From positions 1 through 57,011 of the forward strand of contig DATGHN010000078.1 in assembly GCA_035308005.1 (NCBI GenBank): a stretch of DNA of 57,011 nt, read 5' to 3'. This stretch comes from Solirubrobacteraceae bacterium (GTDB lineage: Bacteria > Actinomycetota > Thermoleophilia > Solirubrobacterales > Solirubrobacteraceae). The translations under genes were made by a program, and so were the position numbers. The notes beneath the pieces were generated by a model. It saw nothing but the letters and a program-made list of their open reading frames with translations, did not search any database and was not told where the DNA came from. Positions 25,177-34,498 of this stretch are shown here, one piece after another (the stretch's first letter is position 1; every line of letters starts with the position of its first letter).

Positions 25177-26559
25177 TCACGCCGCGGATGATATTTGCCC
25201 GCTGGCGCGGCGACTTGCGAGCGCGCCGAGCAGCGCGACGCCGGCCAGCGCCAGGTCGAGCGCGATCATCGCTGTCGAGAAGTGCGCCTGGGGGAGGGCG
25301 TCGATGAGGCATGCGCCCGCGGTGATTGCGATCACGCTGCCGAGCACATCGGTGACCTGAAGGGCCGCCGTGTTCACGCCCTGCTCGTCGGTCGGGGACA
25401 GGGTCAGCATGAGAACCGACAAGCTCGGCATCGCGAGCCCCATCCCGGCGCCCGAGACCGCCCAGATCGGCGCCGCCACCCACAGCGACAGGTGCGTCAC
25501 GGCCAGCGTGCAGAGCGCCGCGACCCCGACGGCGACGAGGCAGAAGCCGCGAATCAGGAAGGCGGTGCGGTTCTCGCCGGCGGGGTGGCGGCCCTGCCAC
25601 CAGGACGCCGAGGACCAGCCGAGCGCGCCGAGTGTGAGCGGGATGCCGACGACGGTCGGCGACCCGTGGTAGAGGCGCGTCAGGGTCAGCGGGAGGTAGG
25701 CCTCGGCGCCGAAGAACGCTGCCGTCAGCACGCCGCGAAGGACGATCACCGTGGGCAGGCCCCGCGCGAGGCGAAGCGCTCCCGCCGGGAGCAGGCGGCG
25801 CAGCGGCGGGATGATCACGGCGAAGCCGGCCACGGCCGCGACCGCGCCGAGGACGCCGAGCTCCGTGCCGCCGGCCTGGATCGCTGCGAGGCCGCCCGCG
25901 AGCAGGATCGACCCGAGCGCTCCGAGGCGCGGCGCGGCGCCCTGCGAGGCCGATGCCGAGGGCAGCCGCCGCACGACCGGCACGAGCGCGAGCGCCCCGA
26001 TCGCCGCAAGCGGCGCGATCCCGATGAAAACCCAGCGCCAGCCGAACGCGTCGGCCACCGCACCGGCGACGACGGGGCCGATCAGCGCCGGCAGCACCCA
26101 GGCCGCCGAAAGCGCCGCAAACGCCCGCGGGCGAAGCTCGGCTGGGAAGGCGCGAGCGACGACGACGTAGACGGCGACGATCAGCGCGCCGGCGCCGAGG
26201 CCCTGAAGCGCGCGTCCGGTGATGAAGACCGCCATGTCCGGGGCCGCGGAGGCCGTGATCAGGCCGCTTGCAAATAGCGCCAGCCCGCCGACGAGCGACG
26301 CGCTCGGCCCGAGGCGGTCGCAGCGGCGACCGGCGTCGACCATTCCGACGATGTCGCCGAGGAAGAAGGCCGTGAACGCCCAGCCGTAGTAGTGGAGCCC
26401 GTGCAGCGCGCGGACCGCGGTCGGCATCACGGTGGCGACCGACATCGCCTCGACCGCGGCGACCGTGATCACGAGGACCACGCCGAAGGTGGGCAGGCGG
26501 TGGCTGCGGTTTCGCAGCAGCGACGGTCTCGGCGCCACCTCGGCGACTGCGGGCATCAC
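25177..26559 (-). CDS. MFS transporter (12-14 TM)
   Basis: ORF track 25177..26559 (460 aa; GTG 26559 or ATG 26556). MFS motif-A-like GDIVGMVDAGRRCDRLG and repeated hydrophobic segments. Confidence 0.85.
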   Translation of the reverse strand: MMPAVAEVAPRPSLLRNRSHRLPTFGVVLVITVAAVEAMSVATVMPTAVRALHGLHYYGWAFTAFFLGDIVGMVDAGRRCDRLGPSASLVGGLALFASGLITASAAPDMAVFITGRALQGLGAGALIVAVYVVVARAFPAELRPRAFAALSAAWVLPALIGPVVAGAVADAFGWRWVFIGIAPLAAIGALALVPVVRRLPSASASQGAAPRLGALGSILLAGGLAAIQAGGTELGVLGAVAAVAGFAVIIPPLRRLLPAGALRLARGLPTVIVLRGVLTAAFFGAEAYLPLTLTRLYHGSPTVVGIPLTLGALGWSSASWWQGRHPAGENRTAFLIRGFCLVAVGVAALCTLAVTHLSLWVAAPIWAVSGAGMGLAMPSLSVLMLTLSPTDEQGVNTAALQVTDVLGSVIAITAGACLIDALPQAHFSTAMIALDLALAGVALLGALASRRASGQISSAA

Positions 26560-26575
26560 CCCATCCTGACGGACG

Positions 26576-26953
26576 TCAGGGAGCTGGTAGCGGGGCGAAC
26601 AGCGTCACGCGCGCAACGTCGCCGATCGGGCGCGTGACGTGGCCGCGGCCGCTCGCGTCCTCGACGAGGACGATGCTGCCGGGTCCGAAGACGCGGCGTT
26701 CGCCGTCGGACGTCGTGACCTCGGCCTCGCCGGCGAGCGTGATGATGAAGACCGGATACGGGGCGTTGTGCGGCGAATCCGCGTCGCCGTCGTCGAGGAC
26801 GCGGCGAAAGATCAGGCCCTCGACGGGGATTGCCGCCGCGACGGCGGTGCGCCCGCCCGCGGCGGTGCTTCGCTCCTCGGTCGCGAGCTCGACGTCCTCG
26901 AAATGCGTCTCACCATCGGCGTCGGCGAAGAGTCGGACGTAGGAGGCGCTCAC
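26576..26953 (-). CDS. Small cupin-fold protein
   Basis: ORF 26576..27082 trimmed to GTG 26953 (GTGA overlap with the upstream stop). HNAPYPVFIITLAGEAEVTTSDGERRVFGPGSIVLVEDASGRGH is a cupin-like pattern. Confidence 0.55.
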   Translation of the reverse strand: MSASYVRLFADADGETHFEDVELATEERSTAAGGRTAVAAAIPVEGLIFRRVLDDGDADSPHNAPYPVFIITLAGEAEVTTSDGERRVFGPGSIVLVEDASGRGHVTRPIGDVARVTLFAPLPAP

Positions 26954-27978
26954 AGCTCGAGCACCACCTTTCCAAACGCGGCCCTGCTCTCGATCAGGCC
27001 GACGGCGTCGCGCGCCTGCTCGAGCGGGAAGCTCGCCGCAATGGCGGGCGAAAGGCGGCCGGCCGCGACCAGCTCGATGCAACGGTGGAGATCGTCGCGC
27101 GTGCGGTTGACCGAGCCGACGATCTGGCGGCGCTCGCGGATCAGCGACATCAGGTCGAGCTCGACCGTGCCGCCGCCGTGCCAGCCGCAGGTGACGAGGC
27201 GGCCATCCATGGCGAGCGAGGCAAGCGCCGCCGCGAATGCGTCTCCGCCGACGTGCTCGAAGGCGACATCGACTCCCTCGCCGCCGGTCGCGTCGCGAAC
27301 GGCGGTCGCCACGTCGACGGCGCTGTGTTCGATCCCGACATCGAGTCCCCGCGCGCGTGCGCGCGCGAGCTTCTCCTCACTCGACGCCGTTCCGATCACA
27401 AACGCACCGGCGAGCTTGGCGATGTCGAGGGCGGCGCTGCCGAGCGCGCTGCCGACCGAGCTGATCAGCACCCGCTCGCCCGCCTGCAGCCCGGCGCGGG
27501 CGAAGAGCATCTGCCAGGCGGTGCCGTAGGACATCTGGATCGCAGCCGCGGTGGCGTCGTCGATCTCCGCCGGCAGGCGGATCAGTCGGCGGGCGTCGCA
27601 GACGAGGACCTCGCCGAAGCCGCCGGACACGCTGTTCAGTGTCAGCGCGTGGCTTTCGCAGCGCCATTCGCACCCCGAGCGGCAGTGGCGGCAGCGTCCG
27701 CAGGAGTCGGTGACGTCGCGCATCACGCGTTCGCCAACCCCCCAGCCCTCAACCTCAGATCCCAGTGCGGCGACCTCGCCGACGGCCTCCATGCCACCGA
27801 TGAAGGGGAGCGGAATCGGGAAGCCGGCCGAGCCCTCGCGAATCTGCAGGTCGAGGCGGTTGACGCCGGCGGCGCGGACGCGCACAGCGACCTCGCGCGG
27901 TCCGGGGGCCGGCGCGTCGACCTCGGCGACCTCAAGCACGTCGCGGTCGCCGAACGCGGCGAAGCGGAGCGCGCGCAT
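26950..27978 (-). CDS. MDR-superfamily (zinc-ADH-like / quinone-oxidoreductase-like) dehydrogenase
   Basis: ORF 26950..28713 trimmed to ATG 27978. The structural-Zn lobe [15 protein letters not shown] is present. The catalytic-Zn ligands are apparently replaced (AAGVNRLD in place of the Cys box, GME in place of GHE). Nucleotide loop [12 protein letters not shown]. Confidence 0.85.
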   Translation of the reverse strand: MRALRFAAFGDRDVLEVAEVDAPAPGPREVAVRVRAAGVNRLDLQIREGSAGFPIPLPFIGGMEAVGEVAALGSEVEGWGVGERVMRDVTDSCGRCRHCRSGCEWRCESHALTLNSVSGGFGEVLVCDARRLIRLPAEIDDATAAAIQMSYGTAWQMLFARAGLQAGERVLISSVGSALGSAALDIAKLAGAFVIGTASSEEKLARARARGLDVGIEHSAVDVATAVRDATGGEGVDVAFEHVGGDAFAAALASLAMDGRLVTCGWHGGGTVELDLMSLIRERRQIVGSVNRTRDDLHRCIELVAAGRLSPAIAASFPLEQARDAVGLIESRAAFGKVVLEL

Positions 27979-29399
27979 CAGGCGCCGAGCTCGTGCTCCT
28001 GCAGGTCGATCGCCACCTGGACGAGCCCGGCCTCGCGCCCGCGCGGCGCGATCAGCGAGACGCCGACGGGCAGGCCGCTGCGCGCGCCGGCGCCGGCTGG
28101 CAGCGCGACGACCGGGAAGCCCGTCATGTTCCACGTCGCCGTCAGGGCGATCAGCGGGTCGACCTCGCCGCCGAGGCGCCCGCTGTCGTAGCCCTCGCCG
28201 CGGGTTTGTGCCGTCAGCGGCACGGTCGGCTCGAGGACGGCGTCGATCGCGTTCTCGGCGAACCAGTCCTCCCAGGCGGCGCTCGTCGCGGCGCGCGTCC
28301 GCTGGGCCTCGATGTAGACGGTCGAGTCGCTGAAGGACGCGCCAGCCTCGATGAACTCGCGAATCGAGGTCCGGTAGAGGTGCGCGCGCTCGGCGTGGCG
28401 GGCGTGGTAGGCGGCCGCCTCGCTGAGGAGGATCACGGTGAACTCGGCCCATGCGCCCACAGCGGGGGCGGCGAGCTCGACCGTTTCCGCGCCGAGCCGC
28501 TCGAGCGCGGCGCGGGCGAGTTCGTAACCGTCGGCGACGTCGGGCTCGATTTGTGCGCGAGCGGGGCGGTCGGTCAGCGCGACGCGCACCCCGGCGAGTG
28601 GCCTCGGCGCAGCGCGGGGGCGCGTCGGGAGCGCAGCGACCGGCTGCGGCGGCGGCATCAGCGGCGTCCGCTGCCCGCCGCCGAGCGCCATCGCCTCGAG
28701 CAGCGCCGCGCAATCGGCGACCGAGCGCGCCATCGGCCCGGCGTGGTCAAGCGATGCCGCGAGCGGGATGACCCCGTCGATCGGGACACGCCCGTGGGTC
28801 GCCTTGATCGTCGAGATCCCGCACAGCGCCGCGGGTATCCGCAGCGAGCCAGCGGTGTCGGTACCGAGCGCCGCAGGCACCATTCCGGCGGCAAGCGCTG
28901 CGCCGGATCCGCCCGAGGAACCGCCGGGGCTGCGGGTCAGATCGTGCGGGTTGCCGACCTGGTCGGTCGTCCCGCCGGCGGCGAACTCATGCGTGTGGGT
29001 GTGGCCGACGAGGACCATGCCCTGGCGGTCAAGGCGCTGCCAGACCTCGCAGTCGGCGTCCGCTGTGTTGCCGTCGAGCACGCGGCTGGAGGCCGTCAGC
29101 GGCAGTCCCTTGACCGCGTAGAGGTCCTTGAGGCCGAGCGGGATCCCGCAGACAAGCGGCACCGCCTCGCCGTCGCGGGCGAACCGCTCATCGGCCGCGC
29201 GCGCCTGGCGCTCGGCGAGCTCGGGGTAGAGGGCGACCCAGGCGTTGACGGCCTGCGGCGAGCCGTCGAACGAGGGCGGGCCGCCGTTTTTGGCCTCGAT
29301 CGCGGCGTTGGTCTGGGCGAGCAGCTCGACCGCGGAGATTTGGCGCGAGCGAAGCAGGGCGGCCGCCTCGAGCAGTCCCGGGGGGCGGCCGTCGCTCAT
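27978..29399 (-). CDS. Amidase-signature (AS) family amidase
   Basis: ORF 27978..29450 trimmed to ATG 29399. Lys in GLKDLY. AS signature [36 protein letters not shown]. Confidence 0.9.
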   Translation of the reverse strand: MSDGRPPGLLEAAALLRSRQISAVELLAQTNAAIEAKNGGPPSFDGSPQAVNAWVALYPELAERQARAADERFARDGEAVPLVCGIPLGLKDLYAVKGLPLTASSRVLDGNTADADCEVWQRLDRQGMVLVGHTHTHEFAAGGTTDQVGNPHDLTRSPGGSSGGSGAALAAGMVPAALGTDTAGSLRIPAALCGISTIKATHGRVPIDGVIPLAASLDHAGPMARSVADCAALLEAMALGGGQRTPLMPPPQPVAALPTRPRAAPRPLAGVRVALTDRPARAQIEPDVADGYELARAALERLGAETVELAAPAVGAWAEFTVILLSEAAAYHARHAERAHLYRTSIREFIEAGASFSDSTVYIEAQRTRAATSAAWEDWFAENAIDAVLEPTVPLTAQTRGEGYDSGRLGGEVDPLIALTATWNMTGFPVVALPAGAGARSGLPVGVSLIAPRGREAGLVQVAIDLQEHELGA

Positions 29400-29486
29400 G
29401 CGGCGCAGTCTAGAGCGGCTGGGCCGAGGCGCCCGCGCCGAGGGGGACAACGCGGCGATGCCGAAGCGCTAGATTCGCCGGACGAT

Positions 29487-29927
29487 ATGGCCGCCTCGCC
29501 GCCGATCATCCTGCCGCCGTTCACCGAGGAGAGCGCGCTCGCCAAGGTGAAACTCGCCCAGGACGCTTGGAACAGCTGCGATCCCGAGCGCGTCGCGCTC
29601 GCCTATACCGAGGACTCGCAGTGGCGTAACCGCGACGAGTTCTTCAGCGGCCGTGACGCGATTCGCGAGTTCCTGCGGCGCAAGTGGGAGCGTGAGCTCG
29701 AGTACCGCCTGCGCAAGGAGCTGTGGGCGTTCGCCGGCAACCACATCTCGGTGCGCTTCGAGTACGAGTCACACGACCCAAGCGGTCAGTGGTGGCGAAG
29801 CCACGGCAACGAGCATTGGGAGTTCGACGAGGAGAGCGGTCTGATGCGCCGCCGTGACGCGAGCATCAACGACCACAGGATCGACTCCTCGGAGCGGCGC
29901 ATCGCCGTCGATGAGCGGCGGGGCTAG
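29487..29927 (+). CDS. DUF1348 family (NTF2/SnoaL-like fold) protein
   Basis: The last 146 codons of ORF 27993..29927, from ATG 29487. [43 protein letters not shown]...[27 protein letters not shown] is the characteristic DUF1348 pattern. Confidence 0.85.
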   Translation: MAASPPIILPPFTEESALAKVKLAQDAWNSCDPERVALAYTEDSQWRNRDEFFSGRDAIREFLRRKWERELEYRLRKELWAFAGNHISVRFEYESHDPSGQWWRSHGNEHWEFDEESGLMRRRDASINDHRIDSSERRIAVDERRG

Positions 29928-30409
29928 GGACCGCTGAGGATCGGCCCGTGGCAGTTCCACGAGCCCGAGAACGAGGAGCCGAGCACGCTGACGAAGCTGC
30001 CGTGCGAGAGCAGGCTCGAGTTCTGCGCGATGACCGAGTCGCCGAACAGCTGGTGACCGCCCCAGTCGCCCTCGAAGGCCTCGCTCTCGGACGGGCTCTG
30101 GGCGATCAGCAGGCTGACGAAGGAGCGCCCGCCGTTGCCGCGGGCGCCACGCACGAGCGTCCCGAGGCTGATCTGCAGCGCGTCGACCGTGGCGCTGCGG
30201 ATGCACGTGCCGTGGCGGAACAGGTACGTGTGTCCGCCGATCGCGATCGTCGCCGTCGCGGGCCCGCAGTAGGCGATCGCCGCGTGCCCGCCGGTGCTCG
30301 TGTGACGGGGCGTGCAGGCGGCGCTGGGAGCGGCGTCCGCCGCCGAGACTGCCGTCAGCGCGGCGGCGCAGAAGACGACGAACGAGGCGAGGCGAACGCG
30401 GCCGAGCAC
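29924..30409 (-). CDS. Secreted hypothetical protein (signal peptide, 4 Cys)
   Basis: ORF track 29924..30409 (GTG start). Signal peptide [27 protein letters not shown] recognise no family. Confidence 0.5.
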   Translation of the reverse strand: MLGRVRLASFVVFCAAALTAVSAADAAPSAACTPRHTSTGGHAAIAYCGPATATIAIGGHTYLFRHGTCIRSATVDALQISLGTLVRGARGNGGRSFVSLLIAQSPSESEAFEGDWGGHQLFGDSVIAQNSSLLSHGSFVSVLGSSFSGSWNCHGPILSGP

Positions 30410-30466
30410 CGTCGCGCAGTCTAGGCGCGAGCGCCGTGGCGCGCCGCGCTACTCTCACGCGTTGAA

Positions 30467-31795
30467 ATGCTTGCGAGGTCGGTTTGGCATCGGCGCCGCA
30501 TGTTGCTCGTTGCGCTGGGCGTGTCGCTCGGTGCGGGCGGCGGCGCCGGCCTCGGATCCGCGCTGGCCGCGCCGGCGCCGAAAGCCTTGCCCGCTGCTCA
30601 GGCGTTCGCGCCGACCGGCGCCGAGCAGGTCTACGTCGTGCCGGCCGGCATTGCGCTGATCGAGACCGACCTAGCGGGGGGCAACGGCGGCGGCGGCGCC
30701 GTCGGCATGGCCGAGGGCGGCTATCTGCGCGTGCACGCCGGTGAGAAGCTGTATGTGGAGGTCGGCGCCGACGGCGCCTACGAGGGTGGCGCGACGTTCG
30801 GCGGGGGCGGTGCGGCCGGCGCGTTCGCGGCCTGCCCGCAGGCCGATCCGGACGGCCGCTGCGGCGGCTCCTTCGCGGGCTCCGGAGGTGGAGCGAGCGA
30901 CGTGCGGACGTGCTCGGAAGCCGCCAAGCGCTGCGCTAAGGGCGGCGCCACGCTGGCCTCGCGGATGATCGTCGCCGGCGGCGGTGGCGGACAGGGCGGC
31001 GACGGCTTCTCGCCCGGCTGGTTCTGCACCCAGCTGCCCCAGCACGGCTTCGGGCTGAACCGCCAGGCGCTCCCGGGCGGGACGCCCGCCAACGGGCCGG
31101 CCCCGGTCCAACTCGCCGGCGGCCTGCTGATTCCGGGCGAGCCCGCCGATTACACCTACGGCGGTCCGATCAAGGACATCACGGCATCCGCCGGCGGCGC
31201 GGCTTCGCCAGGCGCGGGGGGCTCGATGACGGAATGCGACACCGTCAGCGGCTCGACCGTGACTGAGCGCTTCACCGGCTCGATCGCCGGCGCCGCCGGC
31301 TCGGGCGCGAACGGCGGAGCCGGCGCGGCGGTCGCCGGCGCGTTCCCGCCCGAGGGGCCGAACGGCTATCTGCCGGGATCGGGTGGGGGCGGTGGCGGCG
31401 GCTACACCGGCGGCGGCGGCGGTTCGACCGGCGAGACCTGCAGCGGCTGCAACGACCCGGGCGGGGGAATGGGCGGTGGCGGCGGTTCGAGCTTCTTCGC
31501 GAAAGCGGTCCTCGGCGCGTTCATCGACCAGGGGCCGGCGTCAGGCCCGGCCGTCACGATCACCCCGCTTGTCGAGATCGACCGCCCTAAGAACGGCGCG
31601 GTCTACCGGGCCGGCCAGCGGATCAAGGCGCAGTGGGAGTGCGGCCACTACCAGGGGTTCGCCTGCAGCGGGGCGAGCGTCGCCGACGGCAAGGCGATCA
31701 ACATGAAGCCCGGCAAGCACACCTTTACCGTCAAGGTGAGCCTCTCTCCCACGAACGCGAACGCAACGGCGAAGGTCACCTACACCGTCCGCTAG
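30467..31795 (+). CDS. Secreted glycine-rich-domain protein (bacterial Gly_rich / ALK-LTK GRD-like) with C-terminal Ig-like domain
   Basis: ORF track 30467..31795 (442 aa). Signal peptide. EQVYVVPAGIALIETDLAGGNGGGG...LYVEVGADG...GGGASDVRT...ASRMIVAGGGGGQGG follows the bacterial glycine-rich protein pattern. A second Gly-rich block GSGGGGGGGYTGGGGGS is also present. Confidence 0.7.
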   Translation: MLARSVWHRRRMLLVALGVSLGAGGGAGLGSALAAPAPKALPAAQAFAPTGAEQVYVVPAGIALIETDLAGGNGGGGAVGMAEGGYLRVHAGEKLYVEVGADGAYEGGATFGGGGAAGAFAACPQADPDGRCGGSFAGSGGGASDVRTCSEAAKRCAKGGATLASRMIVAGGGGGQGGDGFSPGWFCTQLPQHGFGLNRQALPGGTPANGPAPVQLAGGLLIPGEPADYTYGGPIKDITASAGGAASPGAGGSMTECDTVSGSTVTERFTGSIAGAAGSGANGGAGAAVAGAFPPEGPNGYLPGSGGGGGGGYTGGGGGSTGETCSGCNDPGGGMGGGGGSSFFAKAVLGAFIDQGPASGPAVTITPLVEIDRPKNGAVYRAGQRIKAQWECGHYQGFACSGASVADGKAINMKPGKHTFTVKVSLSPTNANATAKVTYTVR

Positions 31796-31803
31796 GACGA
31801 GCG

Positions 31804-33315
31804 CTAGTTGGCCGCGAGGCGGTAGTGAGCCGCGTTCCAGCGCAGCTCGTTGCGGAAGGCGCGGCTGTGCGTGTCGTTGTCGATCACGACGAGCTCGACG
31901 CCTGCGATCTCGGCGAGGTCCACGAGTGCTTCGACGCCGAGCGCCGCGGTGAGGACGCTGTGGTGGGGCCCTCCGGCCTCAAGCCAGGCCTCCGTGGCGG
32001 TCTCGAAGTCGGGGCGCGGCGTCCAGACCGCGCGGGCAACCGGCAGCCGCGGGAGATCCTCCTCGGGCGCGATCACGTCGACCTCGTTTGCGACCAGGCG
32101 GAAGCGGTCGCCGAGGTCGAGCATCGCAAGCAGCACCGCCGGGCCGCTCGAAGCGGTGAAGACGAGGCGCACCGGATCCTCGCGGCCGCCGATCGAGAGC
32201 GGATGGATCTCGCAACTGGGGCGCGCGGCGGCGATCGACGGGCAGATCTCGAGCATGTGCGAGCCGAGCACCTTCGGCGAGCCGGGCGTGAGGTCGTAGG
32301 TGTAGTCCTCCATGAACGAGGTGCCGCCCGGCAGCCCCGCGGCCATCACCTTGAGGATCCGGACCAGCGCGGCGGTCTTCCAGTCGCCCTCGGCGCCGAA
32401 GCCATAGCCGTCGGCCATCAGGCGCTGCACGGCGAGTCCCGGTAGCTGGCGGAGGCCGTGGAGGTCTTCGAAGGTGTCGGTGAACGCGTGGTAGCCCCGC
32501 TCGCCGAGGAAGCTGCGCAGGGCGACCTCGATTCGCGCCGCGTAAACGAGCGCTTCGCGGCGCGCGCCGTCGCGCTGCAGCTCGGGGGCGAGCTCGTAGG
32601 CGTGCTCGTACTCGCCGACGACGCGCTCGACGTCTGCGGTTGCCGCGGCCTCGAGCGCGTCGGCGAGGTCGCCGACTCCGTGGCCGTCGACGGTGAAGCC
32701 GAAGCGAACCTGGGCCTCGACCTTGTCGCCGTCGGTCACCGCCACCTGGCGCATGTTGTCGCCGAAGCGCGCGACCTTCAGCCGCTGGGCCTCGTGCCAG
32801 CCGCACGCCGCGCGAGACCACGTGGCGATCCGATCGAGCGTGGCGGACTCGCGCCAGTGGCCGACGACGGTGCGGTGGCGCAGCCGCATGCGCGCGACGA
32901 TGTGGGCGAACTCGCGGTCCCCGTGCGCCGACTGGTTGAGGTTCATGAAGTCCATGTCGATCGTCGACCAGGGGAGGCCGGCGTTGAACTGCGTGTGCAG
33001 GTGAAGGAGCGGCTTCTGGAGTGCTCCGAGGCCGGCGATCCACATCTTTGCCGGGGAGAAGGTGTGCATCCAGACGATCACGCCGGCGCAGTTCTCGTCC
33101 GCGTTGGCGGCGAGGCACACGCGCCTGACCTCCTCGCTCCCCTTGACGACGCCGCGGTGGACGACGCTCACAGGTAGGGCGGGGGCCTCATCGAGCGCGC
33201 CGGCGACCTCGCGCGACTGGGCATCGACGAGGGCAAGGACCTCCTCGCCATAGAGCTCCTGACTCCCGGCCACAAACCACAGCTCGCGCGGGGCGAGCGG
33301 CTTGGCCTCGCTCAC
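31804..33315 (-). CDS. araA: L-arabinose isomerase
   Basis: ORF track 31804..33315 (503 aa, GTG start, GTGA overlap with the upstream stop). [15 protein letters not shown]...[14 protein letters not shown]...[13 protein letters not shown]. Confidence 0.9.
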   Translation of the reverse strand: MSEAKPLAPRELWFVAGSQELYGEEVLALVDAQSREVAGALDEAPALPVSVVHRGVVKGSEEVRRVCLAANADENCAGVIVWMHTFSPAKMWIAGLGALQKPLLHLHTQFNAGLPWSTIDMDFMNLNQSAHGDREFAHIVARMRLRHRTVVGHWRESATLDRIATWSRAACGWHEAQRLKVARFGDNMRQVAVTDGDKVEAQVRFGFTVDGHGVGDLADALEAAATADVERVVGEYEHAYELAPELQRDGARREALVYAARIEVALRSFLGERGYHAFTDTFEDLHGLRQLPGLAVQRLMADGYGFGAEGDWKTAALVRILKVMAAGLPGGTSFMEDYTYDLTPGSPKVLGSHMLEICPSIAAARPSCEIHPLSIGGREDPVRLVFTASSGPAVLLAMLDLGDRFRLVANEVDVIAPEEDLPRLPVARAVWTPRPDFETATEAWLEAGGPHHSVLTAALGVEALVDLAEIAGVELVVIDNDTHSRAFRNELRWNAAHYRLAAN

Positions 33316-34496
33316 GAGAGGGCCGCTCCGCTCGCGCGGTCGAAGAAATGCAGGCGACGGATGTCGACGGCGAGCGGCACCCGCGTTCCGGCGGTCACGT
33401 TCTCCTCGGCGCCCACACGAGCTACGCCCCGACCGGTTGGGCCCCCGGAGATCGCGCTTTCGGTACCCGTCTCCTCGCTGTCGCCGGTCCGAGCCTCGGT
33501 CTCGTCGGGCGACCGCGAGTCGGGAATCGCGAAGTGGACGAGCTGTTCGTTGCCGAGCGCCTCGACCAGCTCGACGTCGACCAGCAGCGCGTGGCCGTTG
33601 GCGTCAGCAGCGTTCGGCGAGAGGTGCTCTGGCCGGATTCCGACGACGAGGCCGCCGTCGTGGTTGACGAGCGCGGGTCGCGCGCGTGTGATCTCCGGCG
33701 GCAAAGCGAGGAGCTGGTTGCCGAGTTGGAGGGCGGGCGCGCCGTTCGCCGAGGTCAGCGAGGTCTCGTAGAGGTTCATCGCCGGTGAGCCCATGAAGGC
33801 CGCCACGAACATGTTGACGGGACGTTCGTACAGCTCCCTTGGCACCGCGAGCTGCTGGAGCTCGCCCGCGCGCATGACCGCGACGCGGTCGCCCATCGTC
33901 ATCGCCTCGGTCTGGTCGTGCGTGACATAGAGGGTGGCGACCCCGAGGCGTCGCTGGACGCGGAGGACCTCGGTGCGCATCTGGACGCGCAGCCGCGCGT
34001 CAAGGTTCGAAAGCGGCTCGTCCATGAGAAACACCGACGGTTCGCGAACGAGCGCGCGGCCCATCGCTACCCGCTGGCGCTGGCCGCCTGAGAGTGCGCG
34101 CGGCTTGGTGTTCAGCAGGTCGGTGAGTCCGAGTAGCGCGGCCGCCTCGCGCACGCGGCGATCGCGCTCATCCTTGGGTACACGCCGCACCGACAGCGAG
34201 AAGGCGATGTTCTGGTGGACGCTGAGGTGCGGGTAGAGGGCGTAGTTCTGGAACACCATCGCGACGTCGCGATCGCGCGAGGAGAGGTCGTTGACCTCCT
34301 TGCCGTCGAGGCTGATCGTCCCGGAGGTGATTTCCTCGAGGCCCGCGACCATCCGAAGCACCGTCGTCTTGCCGCACCCCGACGGTCCGACGAGGACGAC
34401 GAACTCGCCGTCGGCGACGTCGAGGTCGAGGCCGGAGACGGCCTGAACGCCGCCGGGATAGGTCTTGCTTACTTGCTCGAGCGAAAGGGATGCCAT
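33312..34496 (-). CDS. Sugar ABC transporter ATP-binding protein (MalK/MsiK/UgpC type)
   Basis: ORF 33312..35057 trimmed to ATG 34496. Walker [10 protein letters not shown]. Signature [15 protein letters not shown]. Walker [13 protein letters not shown]-terminal regulatory (TOBE-like) domain. Confidence 0.9.
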   Translation of the reverse strand: MASLSLEQVSKTYPGGVQAVSGLDLDVADGEFVVLVGPSGCGKTTVLRMVAGLEEITSGTISLDGKEVNDLSSRDRDVAMVFQNYALYPHLSVHQNIAFSLSVRRVPKDERDRRVREAAALLGLTDLLNTKPRALSGGQRQRVAMGRALVREPSVFLMDEPLSNLDARLRVQMRTEVLRVQRRLGVATLYVTHDQTEAMTMGDRVAVMRAGELQQLAVPRELYERPVNMFVAAFMGSPAMNLYETSLTSANGAPALQLGNQLLALPPEITRARPALVNHDGGLVVGIRPEHLSPNAADANGHALLVDVELVEALGNEQLVHFAIPDSRSPDETEARTGDSEETGTESAISGGPTGRGVARVGAEENVTAGTRVPLAVDIRRLHFFDRASGAALS

Positions 34497-34498
34497 CG

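Noticed and set aside
11915-26277. Many long antisense or alternate-frame ORFs (for example 11915..13081, 15164..16300, 16906..18168, 18434..19726, 20689..21672, 22065..23048, 23653..24372, 25195..26277; also 31979..33118, 35477..36325, 44713..45810 and 48327..49538 elsewhere)
   Set aside because: Each lies opposite to, or out of frame with, a gene that has clear family motifs. They are Arg/Pro/Ala/Gly-dominated and lack recognisable domains, as expected for stop-codon-poor ~70% GC DNA.
29403-29480. Imperfect inverted repeat (gtctagagcg ... cgctagattc) in the amidase/DUF1348 divergent region
   Set aside because: The arms match only over TCTAG..CG with an indel, and they are about 50 bp apart. 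That is too weak to call an operator without comparative data.
27993-29486. Upstream 498 codons of the 644-aa plus-strand ORF 27993..29927
   Set aside because: This part is antisense to the well-supported amidase gene and has Arg/Gly/Asp-rich low-information sequence. Only the terminal 146 codons from ATG 29487 (DUF1348) look real.
29924-29927. Convergent genes sharing the palindromic CTAG as both stop codons
   Set aside because: It is real but trivial: a 4-nt coincidence with no structural element around it.
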